A DNA stretch of 64,000 nucleotides. Origin: an uncultured Candidatus Rokubacteria bacterium. Its GTDB lineage: Bacteria > Methylomirabilota > Methylomirabilia > Rokubacteriales > CSP1-6. Where the stretch lies: positions 96,001 through 160,000 of the forward strand of contig CAWBMV010000001.1 of NCBI GenBank assembly GCA_963789955.1, written 5' to 3'. The position numbers were made by a program, and so were the translations under genes. Position 1 is the stretch's first letter. Every line of letters begins with the position of its first letter. Below are positions 21,654 through 34,515 of the stretch, piece by piece. The notes beneath the pieces were generated by a model. That model searched no databases, had not been told where the DNA came from, and was given only the letters and a program-made list of their open reading frames with translations.

Positions 21654-23105
21654 TCAGTGCCCCGCCGACGCCTTCACGGAGCCGGCCGGCTGGGCGTCGA
21701 TCCACTGGAAGTACTTGATGTACTGCTTGATCTCCGCGTCGCCGAGGCTCTGGTTCGGCATCGGGAGGTTGTTGAACTCCTTCAGCATCGCCTTCGCGTC
21801 GGCGTCGGTCTCGAGCATCTTCTCCGGCGCCTTGAGCCAGCGCGTCAGCCAGGCGTCGCTGCGCCGCTTGGTCACGCCGGCGAGGTCGGGTCCGAGCTTC
21901 TTGCCCTCGCCGATCGAGTGGCAGGCCAGGCACTTGCTCTCGAAGGCGAGCTTGCCCCGCACCGCCTCCGGATCGGTCGGCGCGGCCGAGGCCGGCGATG
22001 TTGTGGTGCTCGAGCTCCTTCGCCGGCGGCTTGGCCGCGGTCGAGATCAGCCCGATCGCGCCCTGCGAGGCGTTGGCGAAGTGGTGGTCGACCATGATGT
22101 AGGAGCCCGCCTCGGGGATCACGAACTCGACCGTCGGCGCTGTTGGACGAGCCGAGCAGCACCGTCTGCATGCCGCGGAACTGGTTGTCCGGGTTGCCCT
22201 CGATCCAGACGCGGTCGAAGATCGTGCCGACGACGTGGAAGCTCGAGGTCTTGCTCGGGCCCACGTTGAGCACGTAGCAGGCGCACGCGCTCGCCCGGCT
22301 TGGCGGCGAGCGGCGTCTTCACCATGCCGTTGTGCACGCCGTTGAACACGGTGTGCGTCGGCTGCGCGGCGCGCAGCCGGTCGCCGTCGAGCACGTAGAG
22401 CGGCGCGCCGTCGACCTTCTGCTTGCCCGGGATCGGGCTTGGCGTAGAACTCGCTCTGCACGATCACGTACTCGCGGTCGACCTTCGTCGGGATAGCCGT
22501 CGCGCGGCTCGACGATCACCGCGCCGTACATGCCCGAGGCGATGTGCTCGAGGATCATCGGCGTGCCGCAGTGGTACATGAAGATGCCGGGATAGTTGGC
22601 GGTGAACTCGAAGTCGATCGTCTGCCCCGGCGCGATCGAGCGGTACTTGTCCTGCGGCGACACCATGGCGGCGTGGAAGTCCATCGAGTGCATCATCGGC
22701 GCGGCGGTGATCTGCACGCCCGGCATCGGCTCGTCGCTGCGGTTGGTCATGCTGAACTTGATCTTGTCGCCGACGCGCGCGCGCACCGTCGGGCCGGGCA
22801 CCTGATCGCCGAAGGTCCAGGCGCTGAACTTCACGCCGGGCGCGATCTCGATGATCTTGTGCGTGGTGTCGAGCCGCACCGTCTTGACCGGCGCCGGATC
22901 GAGCGGCTTGAGCTCCGCGCCCAGGCTGAGCGCGCTGCCTTCGGCAAATGCGCCCTTGATGACGCTCGGCGCTGAGCTTTGCCGGGGTGGGCTTGAGGTC
23001 CATCTTGCTGGCGTCGTAGGGATCGGATGTCGGCCGCGCGCCCTGGTCGCAGGCGGCGAGCAGCAGGACGGCGGCGGCGAGCGAGCGGGCCAGCCGAGCA
23101 TGCAT
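21654..23105 (-). CDS. nirK: Copper-containing nitrite reductase lipoprotein fused to a C-terminal cytochrome c (several frameshifts)
   Basis: LAAC lipobox; HSMDFH, YHCGTPMILEHIASGMYG, SSFHVVG, MVDH; CLACH heme motif and distal Met in LPMP. Confidence 0.88.
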
Positions 23106-23121
23106 TCGTTTTCCTCCGGTG

Positions 23122-23903
23122 TCAGACGTCCCAGCCGCCGTCGACGGTGACCGACTGGCCCGGTCATGTTCGACGAGTCGTCCGAGACGAGGAAGAGCAC
23201 GGCGTTGGCGATGTCCTGCGCGATCGTCACGCGCCGGAGCGCCATCTCGTCCACGTACTCCTGGTACACCTGCTCCGGCGTCCAGCCGCGCTTCTTGGCC
23301 TTCTCGCGGCAGAGCTTGTCCATGCGGTCGCCGCCGACGATGCCGGGGTGCAGCGCGTTGACGTTGATGTTGTACGGGCCGGCCTCCAGCGCCACGGTGC
23401 GCGTGAAGCCGCGCAGCGCCCACTTCGACGACGAATAGGCCGCGCGATACTTGTAGCCGCGAAGCCCGGACGTGCCGCTGATGTTCACGATCTTGCCGTA
23501 GCGCTGCTTGATCATGGTCGGCAGCACGTGCTTGGTCGGCAGGAACGTGCCGCGCAGGTTCACCGCGATCACCTGGTCGAAGTCGTCGGCCTTGATCTCC
23601 CACACCGGTGTCTCGATCGGACCGGTCACGCCGGCGGCGTTGACGAGGATGTCGATGCGGCCGAATGCCTCGCGCGCGCTCGTGGCCAGGCGCTCGACGG
23701 CGGCCTCGTCGGTGACGTCGGTGGGCACCACGACGACCTTGCGGCCGAGCGCCGTCGATCTCGCGGCCGAGCGCCTCGAGCGGCGCCGTCTCGCGCGCGG
23801 CGATCGCCAGATTCGCGCCCTCGCGGGCGAGCGTCAGGCAGATGTCGCGGCCCATCCCCTTCGCGGCTCCGGTGACGACGGCGATCCGATCGGCGAGCTT
23901 CAT
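23122..23903 (-). CDS. Short-chain dehydrogenase/reductase (frameshifts ~23760, ~23160)
   Basis: TGAAKGMG, DILVNAAG, YSSSK. Confidence 0.88.
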
Positions 23904-25525
23904 GGAGCCTCTCCCTCCGCACGGTCACGCGCTTTCAGCTCGGCCGACCGATCTTCCGGCCGGCCGTAGCCGCCGCCGCCGCACGTCTCGATGACGACGA
24001 GGTCGTTGGCGGCCAGGCGCAGGGTCTCCTTGCCGCGGATCACGCGCTCGCGAGGTCCGGGATTCAAGGTGATCCGGAACGGCGCCGCGTCGCGCCCGCC
24101 GGCGAGCCCGTAGGGCGGGATCACGCGCCGGTCGAGCATGCTCGTCAAGGTGAGCTCCGAGGCCAGGATGCGATAGGCGCGCCGGAATCCGAGGCCGCCG
24201 CGATGGGCGCCGTCGCCGCCGGAGCCGAGGCGGAGCGCCTGCTCCTCGATCATGATCGGGTACTCGCCCTCGATGACCTCGATCGGCGTGTTCATCACGT
24301 TCGACATGTGCACGCGCACCGCGGAGGCGCCGTCCTTCGACGCGGTCGCGCCCTCGCCGCCGCCGTGCACCTCGTAGAGGATCGACCAGCGGCCGTCGGG
24401 CTGGCGCGCGCCGAAGATCAGGACGCCGGAGGTCGTCGGACCGCCCGCGGAGACGCGATCGGGCAGCGCGGGCGCCAGCGCCTTGACGATGGCGTCGACG
24501 ATGCGCTGACAGGTCTCGTGATTGCCGCCGACGACGGGACGGTCCGGATCGGCGCTCAAGACCGTGCGCGGTGGTACCAGGACGTGCAGCGGCCGGTAGC
24601 AGCCGTCGTTCGGCGGCACGTCCGGCGCGACGAGCGCCTTCATGGCGTAGTACACCGCGGAGCACGCGATGTAGTACGTCGTGTTCACGGGGCCGCGGAC
24701 CTGCGGCGAGGTGCCGGTGAAGTCGAAGCGCGCCTCGTCGCCCGCGATCTCGACGCGCACGTGAATGCGGATCGGCGTGTCGTCGACGCCGTCGTCGTCG
24801 ACCCAGTCCTCGCCTTCCCAGACGCCGTCCGGCAGCGCGCGGATGGCCGCGCGCATCTGCGCCTCCGACTCGTCGTGGAGCCGCTCGAAGCAGGCGTCGA
24901 TGGTCTCGGCGCCGTGATGGGCGAAGAGCTCTTGCAGCCGCCGGGCCGCGACGTCGTTGGCGGCGAACTGGGCCAAGATATCGCCCTCGCGCTCCTCGCG
25001 GCCGCGAAGATTCGAGAGGACGAAATCGATGGCCGGGCGCTCCGGGCCGTCGGCCGAGAACAGCTTGATCGGCGCGATGCGCAGGCCTTCCTGATAGGAC
25101 TCGGTGGCCCACGGCACGTAGCTGCCGGGCACCGCGCCGCCGATGTCGGCCCAGTGGGCCAGGTTGATCGCGAAGGCGACCAGTCGGCCGCCGACGAACA
25201 CCGGCCTCAGGGCCTTGACGTCGGGCAGGTGGTTGCCGCCCACCTCGGGAAGATTGAGGAACCAGACGTCGCCGTCGCGCAGCCGATCCTTCGGCACCCG
25301 CTTGAGAAACTCTTTGACGGTGAAGCCCATGACGCCCAGATGGATCGGGATGTCGCGACCCTGCGCGATGAGCCGCCCGTCGGCGTCGGTCAACGCCGAG
25401 GAGAGATCGCCCGCTTCCTTGAGGAGCGGCGAGCGCGCCGAGCGCATGACGATCACGCTCATCTCCTCGGCGATCGCGTAGAGCGCGTTGCGGACGACCT
25501 CGAGCGTCGCGGGATGCAAGGTCAC
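23900..25525 (-). CDS. Hydantoinase B / 5-oxoprolinase family subunit
   Basis: RSARSPLLKEAGD, GNHLPD, HWADIGG, NTPIEVIE, CGGGGYG. Confidence 0.9.
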   Translation of the reverse strand: MTLHPATLEVVRNALYAIAEEMSVIVMRSARSPLLKEAGDLSSALTDADGRLIAQGRDIPIHLGVMGFTVKEFLKRVPKDRLRDGDVWFLNLPEVGGNHLPDVKALRPVFVGGRLVAFAINLAHWADIGGAVPGSYVPWATESYQEGLRIAPIKLFSADGPERPAIDFVLSNLRGREEREGDILAQFAANDVAARRLQELFAHHGAETIDACFERLHDESEAQMRAAIRALPDGVWEGEDWVDDDGVDDTPIRIHVRVEIAGDEARFDFTGTSPQVRGPVNTTYYIACSAVYYAMKALVAPDVPPNDGCYRPLHVLVPPRTVLSADPDRPVVGGNHETCQRIVDAIVKALAPALPDRVSAGGPTTSGVLIFGARQPDGRWSILYEVHGGGEGATASKDGASAVRVHMSNVMNTPIEVIEGEYPIMIEEQALRLGSGGDGAHRGGLGFRRAYRILASELTLTSMLDRRVIPPYGLAGGRDAAPFRITLNPGPRERVIRGKETLRLAANDLVVIETCGGGGYGRPEDRSAELKARDRAEGEAP

Positions 25526-27538
25526 GGCGCCACCTCGATCAGGAGATTGCCCAGGCGATCGGCCCGACAGCGCTGACCGGGATAGACGAGCGTCGTCGAC
25601 CACTCGTCTTCGACGAGCGCCGGGCCCGAGACCTCCTGGCCCGGCGGCAGCGCGCCGCGCTCGTACCGCGGCATCGCGAGCGGCTCGGCGCCCCGGAAGA
25701 ACGCGCGCAGCTCGCCGACCGGTTTCGCGGTGCCGGTGGCCGCGCTCGAGCCGAAGGTCAGCTCGTCGCGAACGAGCTGGGCGGACACTCTCAGATTCAC
25801 GCACTCGACGCTCTCGCCGGTCGCGTAGCCATAGAGCTGCCGGTGCCGGCGCTCGAACGTCGTCCGCAGCGCGTCCGGCGTGCCGGCGCCGTAGTCCACC
25901 TCGAGCTCGTAGTTCTGGCCGGCGTAGCGGAGGTCGACGCTGCGCTTCAGGAGCACGCGCTCGGCCGCGTGGCCCTCGTCGAGCAGCGGGGTCAGGCACT
26001 GCGACTCGAGCGCGCGCAGCCGGTCGGCGACGACCTTGGCATCCCACGACTCGAGACGCATGCGCTGCGTCTGCACCGCGTCGTACCGCAGCGGCGAGAC
26101 CAGGCACCCGAGCGCGGAGAACGCGCCGGAATGGGCCGGCACGACGATGCGCGCGATCCCGGCCTCGCGCGCGAGCGCGCCGGCGTGCACCGGCCCGGCG
26201 CCGCCGTAGGCGATCAACGTGAACTCGCGCAGATCGTAGCCGCGCTGCACCGAGACCAGCCGGAGCGCCCGCTGCATGTTCGCGTTGGCCACCTCGACCA
26301 CGGCGTGGGCCGCGTCGAGCAGCGACAGGCCGAAGCGACGCTGGATCGGCTCGAGCGCCCGCTCCGCGCGCGCGCGATCGAGCCGGATGGATCCGCCGTA
26401 GATCCGCTCCGGGTTGAGATAGCCGAGGATCAGGTTGGCGTCGCTCACGGTCGGCTCGGTCCCGCCCAGGCCGTAGCAGGCCGGTCCCGGCACCGCGCCC
26501 GAGCTCCGCGGACCCACCTTGAGGGCCCCGATCGCATCGATCGAGGCGATCGAGCCGCCCCCGGCCCCGATCGATTCGACGGCGACCGCGGGCAGGCGCA
26601 CCGGATAGTCGCCGAGCTTTCGCTGGCGCGCCGTCTCCGGGACGCCGTCGGTGATGAGGCACACGTCGGTGGTCGTGCCGCCCATGTCGAAGGCGAGCGC
26701 GCGCGAGAGATCGAGCGTGCGCGCGAGGTAGGCGGCGGCCGCGACGCCGGCGGCCGGACCCGACATCGCCATCGTGAGGGGCCGCGCCCGCGCGGCATCG
26801 ACGGACATCATGCCGCCGGCGGAGTGCAGAAGATGAAGCGGAATCGAGCCTGAGCCGACGGTCAAGCGCCCGACCAGATCGTCGATGTAGCGCGCGGCGA
26901 GCGGCATGACCGACGCGTTGAGCACGGTCGTGCACGTGCGTTCGTATTCGCGAAACTCGGCGTTGATCTCGCTCGAGACCGACACGTACGGAAAGTGCGC
27001 GGCGAGGGCCTGGCGCAGCGCCTGCTCGTGCGCCGGGTTCGCGTAGGCGTGCAGGAGACAGATCGCCACGCTCTCGACGCCCTGGCGCTTGAAGCGCTCG
27101 ATGATCGTCGGCATCTCGCCGAGGTCGAGCGGTGACGAGCACCGAGCCGTCGGGCCCGACCCGTTCGCCCACCTCGGCCCGGAGCCGGCGCGGCACCAGG
27201 GGCTCGGGCTTGGCGGGCAGATCGATCCGGTAGAGATGCGGCCGATTCATGCGGCCGATCGCGAGCACGTCGCCGAAGCCGCGCGTGGTGACGAGGCCGA
27301 CCGCGCCGACGCGGCGCTCGACGATCGCGTTCGTGACCAGCGTAGTCCCGTGGGCGAGTGACGCGCAGCGGCCCGCCACGCGGCCGATCGCCGCCAGACC
27401 GTCGAGCACGCCGCCCGCCGGATTGGCGGGCGTGGTCGGCACCTTCAGCGAGGTCGTCCGGCCGGAGGCATCACAGGCCACGAGGTCGGTGAACGTCCCG
27501 CCGACGTCGACACCCACGCGGACGCCTTCGGGTGTCAT
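25522..27538 (-). CDS. Hydantoinase A / 5-oxoprolinase family ATP-binding subunit; frameshift ~27130
   Basis: GVDVGGTFTD, HGTT, FREYER, SGPAAG, DMGGTTTD, GAGGGS, FSALG. Confidence 0.9.
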
Positions 27539-28093
27539 GCGATCCGGAACCGCGCCCGAATGTCGTCGGGTCGCTCGGAGTAGGGCGGGATCGGCTCGCT
27601 CGGATCGAAGGCCACGTCGACGACGAGCAGCGCCGGCGCTTTCGCGGCGCGGGCGCGCGGGAAGGCCGCGCGAAGCGCCGGCACGTCGCCGACCCGCTCG
27701 ACGTTCGCGATGCCGAATCCCTTCGCGAGCTCGAGCCAGCTCGACCGGCGCCGAGGGCAGCGCCTGACCGCCCGACGATTCATAGTGTCCGTTGACCCAC
27801 AGAAGCGCCGTCAGATTCGACGGGCGCGCGGCGGCGACGGTGGCGAGCACGTTCGGGCACATCAGCAAGGAGCCGTCACCCTCGAGCGCGACCACGTGGC
27901 GATCGGGGCGCTGTAGCGCCATGCCGAGCGCCAGCGGTATCGCCGCGCCCATCGAGTCGCACAGGGCGAAGACCGGCGCGGTCACGTTCAGATGAGGAAG
28001 GTAGCGCGAGTTGGCGCCGAGGCTCGAGACGAGGACGTCGCTGGGTGTCAGCATCGCGACCAGCGCCTCGAGCAGCGGCCGCCGCGGCGTCAC
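27535..28093 (-). CDS. Sulfopyruvate/phosphonopyruvate decarboxylase beta subunit-like (ComE-like); frameshift ~27745
   Basis: SMGAAIPLALG, EGDGSLLM, NGHYESSGGQ. Confidence 0.8.
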
Positions 28094-28580
28094 TCGACGT
28101 CCTCGCCGCTGATCAGGAGCACGGCCGGTCCGCTCGAGGCGACGGCCGATTCCACGCCGCGGACCACCTGCGCCTCGAGGTCGGTCGTGTGGTCGGCGAT
28201 CGCGAAAGGCAAGCCCCACGCGGAGAGCGTCGGCTCGGTCACGCGCCCTTTCGGTTGGTGATAGTAGATCGGGTCGCGCCGGTCGCCGCGGTAGGACACG
28301 ATGAAGAAGCACGGGATGCGGTAGAGGCTCACGAGGCCCGCCAGTACGCCGCCGCAGTTGAAGAGCCCGGCGTTCTGGATCAGCACCGCGCCACGGCCGC
28401 CCGCGAGGGTGGCGCCGCACGCGATCGCCACCGCTTCCTCCTCGCGCGCGGCGTCGACGGCACGAATCGTCTTCGATGTTCGCACCGCCGCCATCAGCTT
28501 GCCGATCCAGGTATCGGGCACGGAGGCCGCCAGGGTGACCCCGGCGGCCTCCAGGCCGGCGACGATCCGACTCGCGCCGC

Positions 28581-28584
<4 letters not shown>
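28090..28584 (-). CDS. Sulfopyruvate/phosphonopyruvate decarboxylase alpha subunit-like (ComD-like)
   Basis: [27 protein letters not shown]. Confidence 0.82.
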
Positions 28585-29789
<1,205 letters not shown>

Positions 29790-29824
29790 CGTCCTCTCCC
29801 TTGAATCTGTCTCTTGTGCGTGCC

Positions 29825-31457
29825 TCAGTGCTGGTAGCGCGGCAGGGTCTTGAGCGGCGAGAAGAACACGGGTCTCATCATCCGCCCCACCGGCACCTCG
29901 ATCAGCACGGGCCGGTCCATCTGGATCGCGTCGGCGATGAGCTTGCCCACCTCGCCCGGCTCCTTCGCGCGCCGGCCCACGGCGCCGTAGGCCTCGGCGA
30001 GCCGGACGAAATCGGGATTGTGCAGCTCGGCCGCGAATTTCCCGCCCCAGTGCTCGTCGAGGTCTCGGGCGACGTTGCCGTAGGCGTTGTCGTTGAAGAC
30101 GACCGCGACGACGTTGATGCCTTGCTGGACGGCCGTGGCCATCTCCTGCGCGTAGTACATGAAGCCGCCGTCGCCCGAGATCATGACCACCGGACGGTTC
30201 GGCGTCGCCACCTTTGCGCCGAGCGCGGTCGGGTACTCGAATCCGAGATTGCCGGAGTACGACGACGTGATGTACGTGCGCGGCTGGTACACGGGGAAGA
30301 ACGGGCGCGAGAAGTAGCCCATCTGCGTCATGCCGGCGATGACCACCGCATCGTGCGGGATGCCCTGGCGCAGCGACCGGAGGATCGACGAGTTCGGCTC
30401 CTGGGTCATGAAGCCGGCGACTTCCTCGCGAATCTTCTCGCGCTCGGCCTTGTCCGAGGCGCGCGGCTTGCCGCCGGCGCGAAGCCGTTCCAGCAGCGCC
30501 TCGAGCGTCGCCTTCGCGTCGCCGACGAGCCCGGACGTCGTCTTGTGGTTCCGCCCGATCTCGTCGGGATCGGCGTCGATCTGGATCACCTGCTGGTCCG
30601 CCCGGAACATCGCGGCGGAGCACCGGCTCCCGACCGCCAGCACCACGTCGGCCGCGTCGAGATAGCGCCGCAGCGGGCTCTTCGGGAAGAGCCCGGCGCC
30701 GAGCGAGAGATCGCTCGCGTCGCTGATCGCGCCCTTGCCCTCGGCCGTCTCGACGACGCCGGCCTGCAGGTGCTCGGCGAGCGCGGCGAGCGCCGCGTGA
30801 GCGCCCGAGAGATGCACGCCGCCGCCCGCGTAGATGGCGACCCGCTGGGCGCGCAGCAGCATCTCGGCCGCGCGGTCGATGATCGGCCGCGGGCGCCGCG
30901 GGACGCAGCGGGTGCGCCGGCACGGCCGGCAGGGTCACGTCGACCTCTTCCTCCATCGTGTCCCACGGCATGTCGATCGCGACCGGCCGCGGGCGGCCGC
31001 TGCGCAGCTGCGCGAAGGCTTCGTGGACGATGCGAGGCGCGTCGGCCACCTGCATGATGGTCTGACGCCACTTCGTCGAGCCGGCGATGGCGTCGAGCTG
31101 GTTGTCGAGCTCGTGGAGCACGCCGATCTTCTTGCCGATCTGGTTGCGTGGAATCTGTCCGGCGATCATCAGCACGGGCGAGGAGGCCGCGTACGCGGTG
31201 TTCAGTCCCGCCGCCGCGTTGAGCAGGCCCGGTCCAGGCACGGCCACCGCGACGCCGATGCCGCCGCCGGCGCGCGCGTACCCGTCGGCCATGTAGGTCG
31301 ACGACCCCTCGTGGCGGACGGTGATGAACCGAATCGGCTCGTCCCGGAACGCGGTGACGATGCCATAGAGCTGAACGCCCGGGAGTCCGAACGCCACCTT
31401 CACGCCCTCGCGGGCGAGCGCCTTCACGATCGCTTCACCACCGGTCATCCGTGCCAT
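29825..31457 (-). CDS. ThDP-binding acetolactate synthase-like protein; frameshift ~30890
   Basis: [23 protein letters not shown]...FNDNAYG. Confidence 0.88.
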
Positions 31458-31661
31458 CGACAGCTCCTCTGATTCATGAGCGCGCCTCGACCGGCGGGGC
31501 CCCAGCCCCGCGACGGTCTGCAGCGCGCGATGCGGATTCATGGGCGCGCCGCGGGCCGACGGGGCCCGGCGTGCGTCGCCCCAGAGTTAGGGCCGAAGCG
31601 TATCACGTGCGGCCGCCGGCCGTCTCCGCCCGCTCGCGGGGGTCTCGGGTACACTAGCCCG

Positions 31662-32506
31662 ATGCCCGAGCTGCCCGAGGTCGAAGCCGCCCGGCGCCTG
31701 CTGATGCGATCCGCCGTCGGCCGGCGCATCGTGAGCGCACGCGTCGTGCCGGACCCGATCGTGTACCAGGGCGTGAGCCCGGCGCGCATCCGGACGGCAC
31801 TCGTCGGTCGCCGGGTGCTCGCGGCGCACCGCCACGGCAAGCATCTCTGGGTCGAGCTCGACCGCCGACCCTGGCCGTGCTTTCACTTCGGGATGTCCGG
31901 TGGAATCGAGGTGCGCGGCCGGCAGCGCCAGCGGCTCATGGTGGAAGGGCGTCGGGCACGCGAGGAGTCGTGGCCGCCGCGGTTCCTCAAGCTGCACCTG
32001 ACGCTCGACGACGGTGGGGAGATCGTGTTTCGCGACGCGCGGCGGCTCGGCCGCGTGCGGCTGCGCCACGATCCGGCGGGCCGAGCCGCCCATCAGCTTG
32101 CTCGGCTTCGACGCGCTGCACGACCTGCCGCCCCTCGCCCGGCTGGCCGAGCTCTTCGGCAAGCGTGCCGCACCGGTCAAGGCGGTGCTGCTCGATCAGT
32201 CGTTCTCGGCGGGGGTCGGCAACTGGATCGCCGACGAGGTGCTCTATCAGGCCCGCATCGATCCGCGCCGCCGCACGCACATGCTTGACGCGCGCGGAGA
32301 TCGGCCGGATTCGTTCGAAGCTGCGCTCGGTCATCTCGACCGCGGTTCGCGCCGGCGCCGACAGCGACCGCTTCCCGCCGAAGTGGTTGTTTCATACCCG
32401 GTGGAGCAAGCGCTTGCAGCGCCCGGTGACGGTGCGCGGCGAGCGGATCCGCTACCTGACCGTCGGCGGGCGAACGACCGCGTGGGTCGCTGAAGTCCAG
32501 CGCTAG
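31662..32506 (+). CDS. mutM: Fpg/Nei family DNA glycosylase, zinc-finger-less type (frameshifts ~32080, ~32285)
   Basis: MPELPEVE, HGKHL, HFGMSG, GVGNWIADEVLYQARI, GGRTTAW. Confidence 0.9.
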
Positions 32507-32509
32507 CTT

Positions 32510-33739
32510 CTATCGGTCAGGAAACAGGCCCGGCATCCACCTGGAAGCGTGCGCGGCTGGAAGAGCAAGACGCAGCGGTGCTCGGGTACTGTCAGAAAGC
32601 AAAACCTGCTTGTCCATGAGCGCCGAAATAATCCTTCGAGCCTGACGCTCGCCAGTGCCGACGATGGGCGCTGCATCGGCGCGCGGCAGCTCGCCGCGGT
32701 AGAGAACCGCCTCGAGGATGGCATCCGATTTCTGCGGCAAATGACCCAGCCTGATTTCTTCCGCCGCCCAGAGCAGGATGCGGGCGCGCAGGCGGTCGGG
32801 TTGGATCAGGGACTCCATGAAGCTGACCTGGTCGAGACATGTCGTCAAGAAAAACCGGGTGAACGCGGTAAGGTTCTCTTCGCTGAGGTGACCGCGCCCG
32901 TCCAAGTCATTGCGGCGCGTCTGGTCACAGGCGGCAAGATGGCTCTTGTAGCTCCCCTCGCTGCGGGCGAGCCCGCGGGCGACTGACCACACGGCGCCGG
33001 TGTCGAGAGTCGCGAGCAGTATTGCGTGCGAGAGAAGTCGTACGACGCGGCCATTACCGTCGGCGAACGGGTGGATCCACACGAGGCGGTGATGCGCGGC
33101 CGCCGCCGCGATGACGGTGTCGATAGTGCCGAGGCTTCCGTAGACTTGCTGATAACGGTTCAGAAAGCGCGGCACCGCGCCCGGACTGATGGCAACGTGC
33201 TGGCCGACCTTTACGTCGCGCGCCCGGAGTTCTCCCGGGAGGACTCTGGCTCGGTCGTTGGTGTCCGGATTGTCGACCAACAGCAGGTCGTCGGGCAGGG
33301 GCTCGCAGAAGCGGCGGTGGACCTCACGGATCGACCCGGGGTCGAAGGCCCGGCCCGTGAGGCTCCCGGCATCGATCCATTGCTGGACGGTGACGTGCGC
33401 TTTGGCCTCGAGCTGCAGGTCGCGCTTTTTCGGCTCCCGGCTGTAGTCGTTCTTGAGGGCGCGCTCGATGTCGATCGGGTGCGTAGCGTGGCCTTCGATG
33501 ACGTTGCTGTAGTAGCAGTTCATCGTTCGGACAAGCGAGGCAAGTGACTCGAGGAGGCTAGGTGGCAGCGATCGTCGGAAGCCCGCGCTCTGTTTCGCGA
33601 GCTCGAGGGCGAGGTCCGGCAACCCGGCCCGCTTGAGAGCGGATTCGCTGATGAGCAACGGCTCCATCAGGGCCGTGGTCTCACCACGGTCCTTGACCGC
33701 TTTGATGTCCGGTTTTATGTCCGCTTTGTTTCTGGTCAT
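32510..33739 (-). CDS. Fic family protein with C-terminal HTH-like region (start uncertain)
   Basis: HPFADGNGRVVR catalytic motif; SNVIEG inhibitory motif. Confidence 0.9.
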   Translation of the reverse strand: MTRNKADIKPDIKAVKDRGETTALMEPLLISESALKRAGLPDLALELAKQSAGFRRSLPPSLLESLASLVRTMNCYYSNVIEGHATHPIDIERALKNDYSREPKKRDLQLEAKAHVTVQQWIDAGSLTGRAFDPGSIREVHRRFCEPLPDDLLLVDNPDTNDRARVLPGELRARDVKVGQHVAISPGAVPRFLNRYQQVYGSLGTIDTVIAAAAAHHRLVWIHPFADGNGRVVRLLSHAILLATLDTGAVWSVARGLARSEGSYKSHLAACDQTRRNDLDGRGHLSEENLTAFTRFFLTTCLDQVSFMESLIQPDRLRARILLWAAEEIRLGHLPQKSDAILEAVLYRGELPRADAAPIVGTGERQARRIISALMDKQVLLSDSTRAPLRLALPAAHASRWMPGLFPDR

Positions 33740-33940
33740 AAGCAATTGTATATCAGCTACTTGCATGGTCAATGTTGCTGGGAATGCCTCCCAAGATGTC
33801 CGGTATATTGTCCGCCTGCTGCCCTGGTAGGGGCTGACAACTCCCGCCTGGGAACAGCCTCGTCGACCCACGTCGGCTGCTTGTTGGTGCTCGATGGACG
33901 GTCATCCGGGCGCGGCGTAGGATTCGGGCGGGAGGAATCG

Positions 33941-34476
33941 ATGGCGAACATTTCGCCCGTGCACCTGATGAAGTGGATCGACGAGCACAAGACGTCTGTT
34001 CAGCGGGCCGGTCGCGAACAAGGAAGTCTTTCCCGAGAGCGAGTTCATCTACCAGATCGTCCGCGGGCCGAACGCGCGGAACGACTTTCCACATCGATCC
34101 GGGCGACGAGATCTTCTACCAGCTCAAGGGCGACATCACCGTGCGGTGCATCGACACCGACGGCACGCCGCGCGACATCACGGTGCGCGAGGGCGAGGCG
34201 ATGCTCTGCCGCGCCGGCACGCCGCACTGCCCGATCCGTCCGGCCGACACCTGGGGTCTCGTGATCGAGCGCAAGCGCCGGCCCGACGAGCGCGACGGCC
34301 TCGCGTGGTTCTGCGACAAGTGCGGCGCCAAGCTCCACGAGACGACGTTCTCGGTCACGAACATCGAGGTGGAGCTGCTCGACGCCATCAAGAGTTCAAC
34401 GCGAGCCCGTCCCAGCGCACGTGCAAGACGATGCGGCGCCGTGCTGCCGGTGCCCGCGGGAGCGGCGTCGGCCTGA
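33941..34476 (+). CDS. nbaC: 3-hydroxyanthranilate 3,4-dioxygenase (frameshifts)
   Basis: GPNAR.DFHIDPGDEIFYQLKG, PHCPIRP, GLVIERKR, WFCDKCG and a second CxxC. Confidence 0.88.
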
Positions 34477-34515
34477 TTGTCGTCGTCGATCGACCGCCGC
34501 CCGGCCGACCCGAGG

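Noticed and set aside
23900..28420. Very long ORF-track products (1506, 986, 850, 826, 804 aa) and antisense ORFs
   Set aside because: Chimeras of adjacent genes via frameshifts, or stop-poor shadow frames of high-GC DNA
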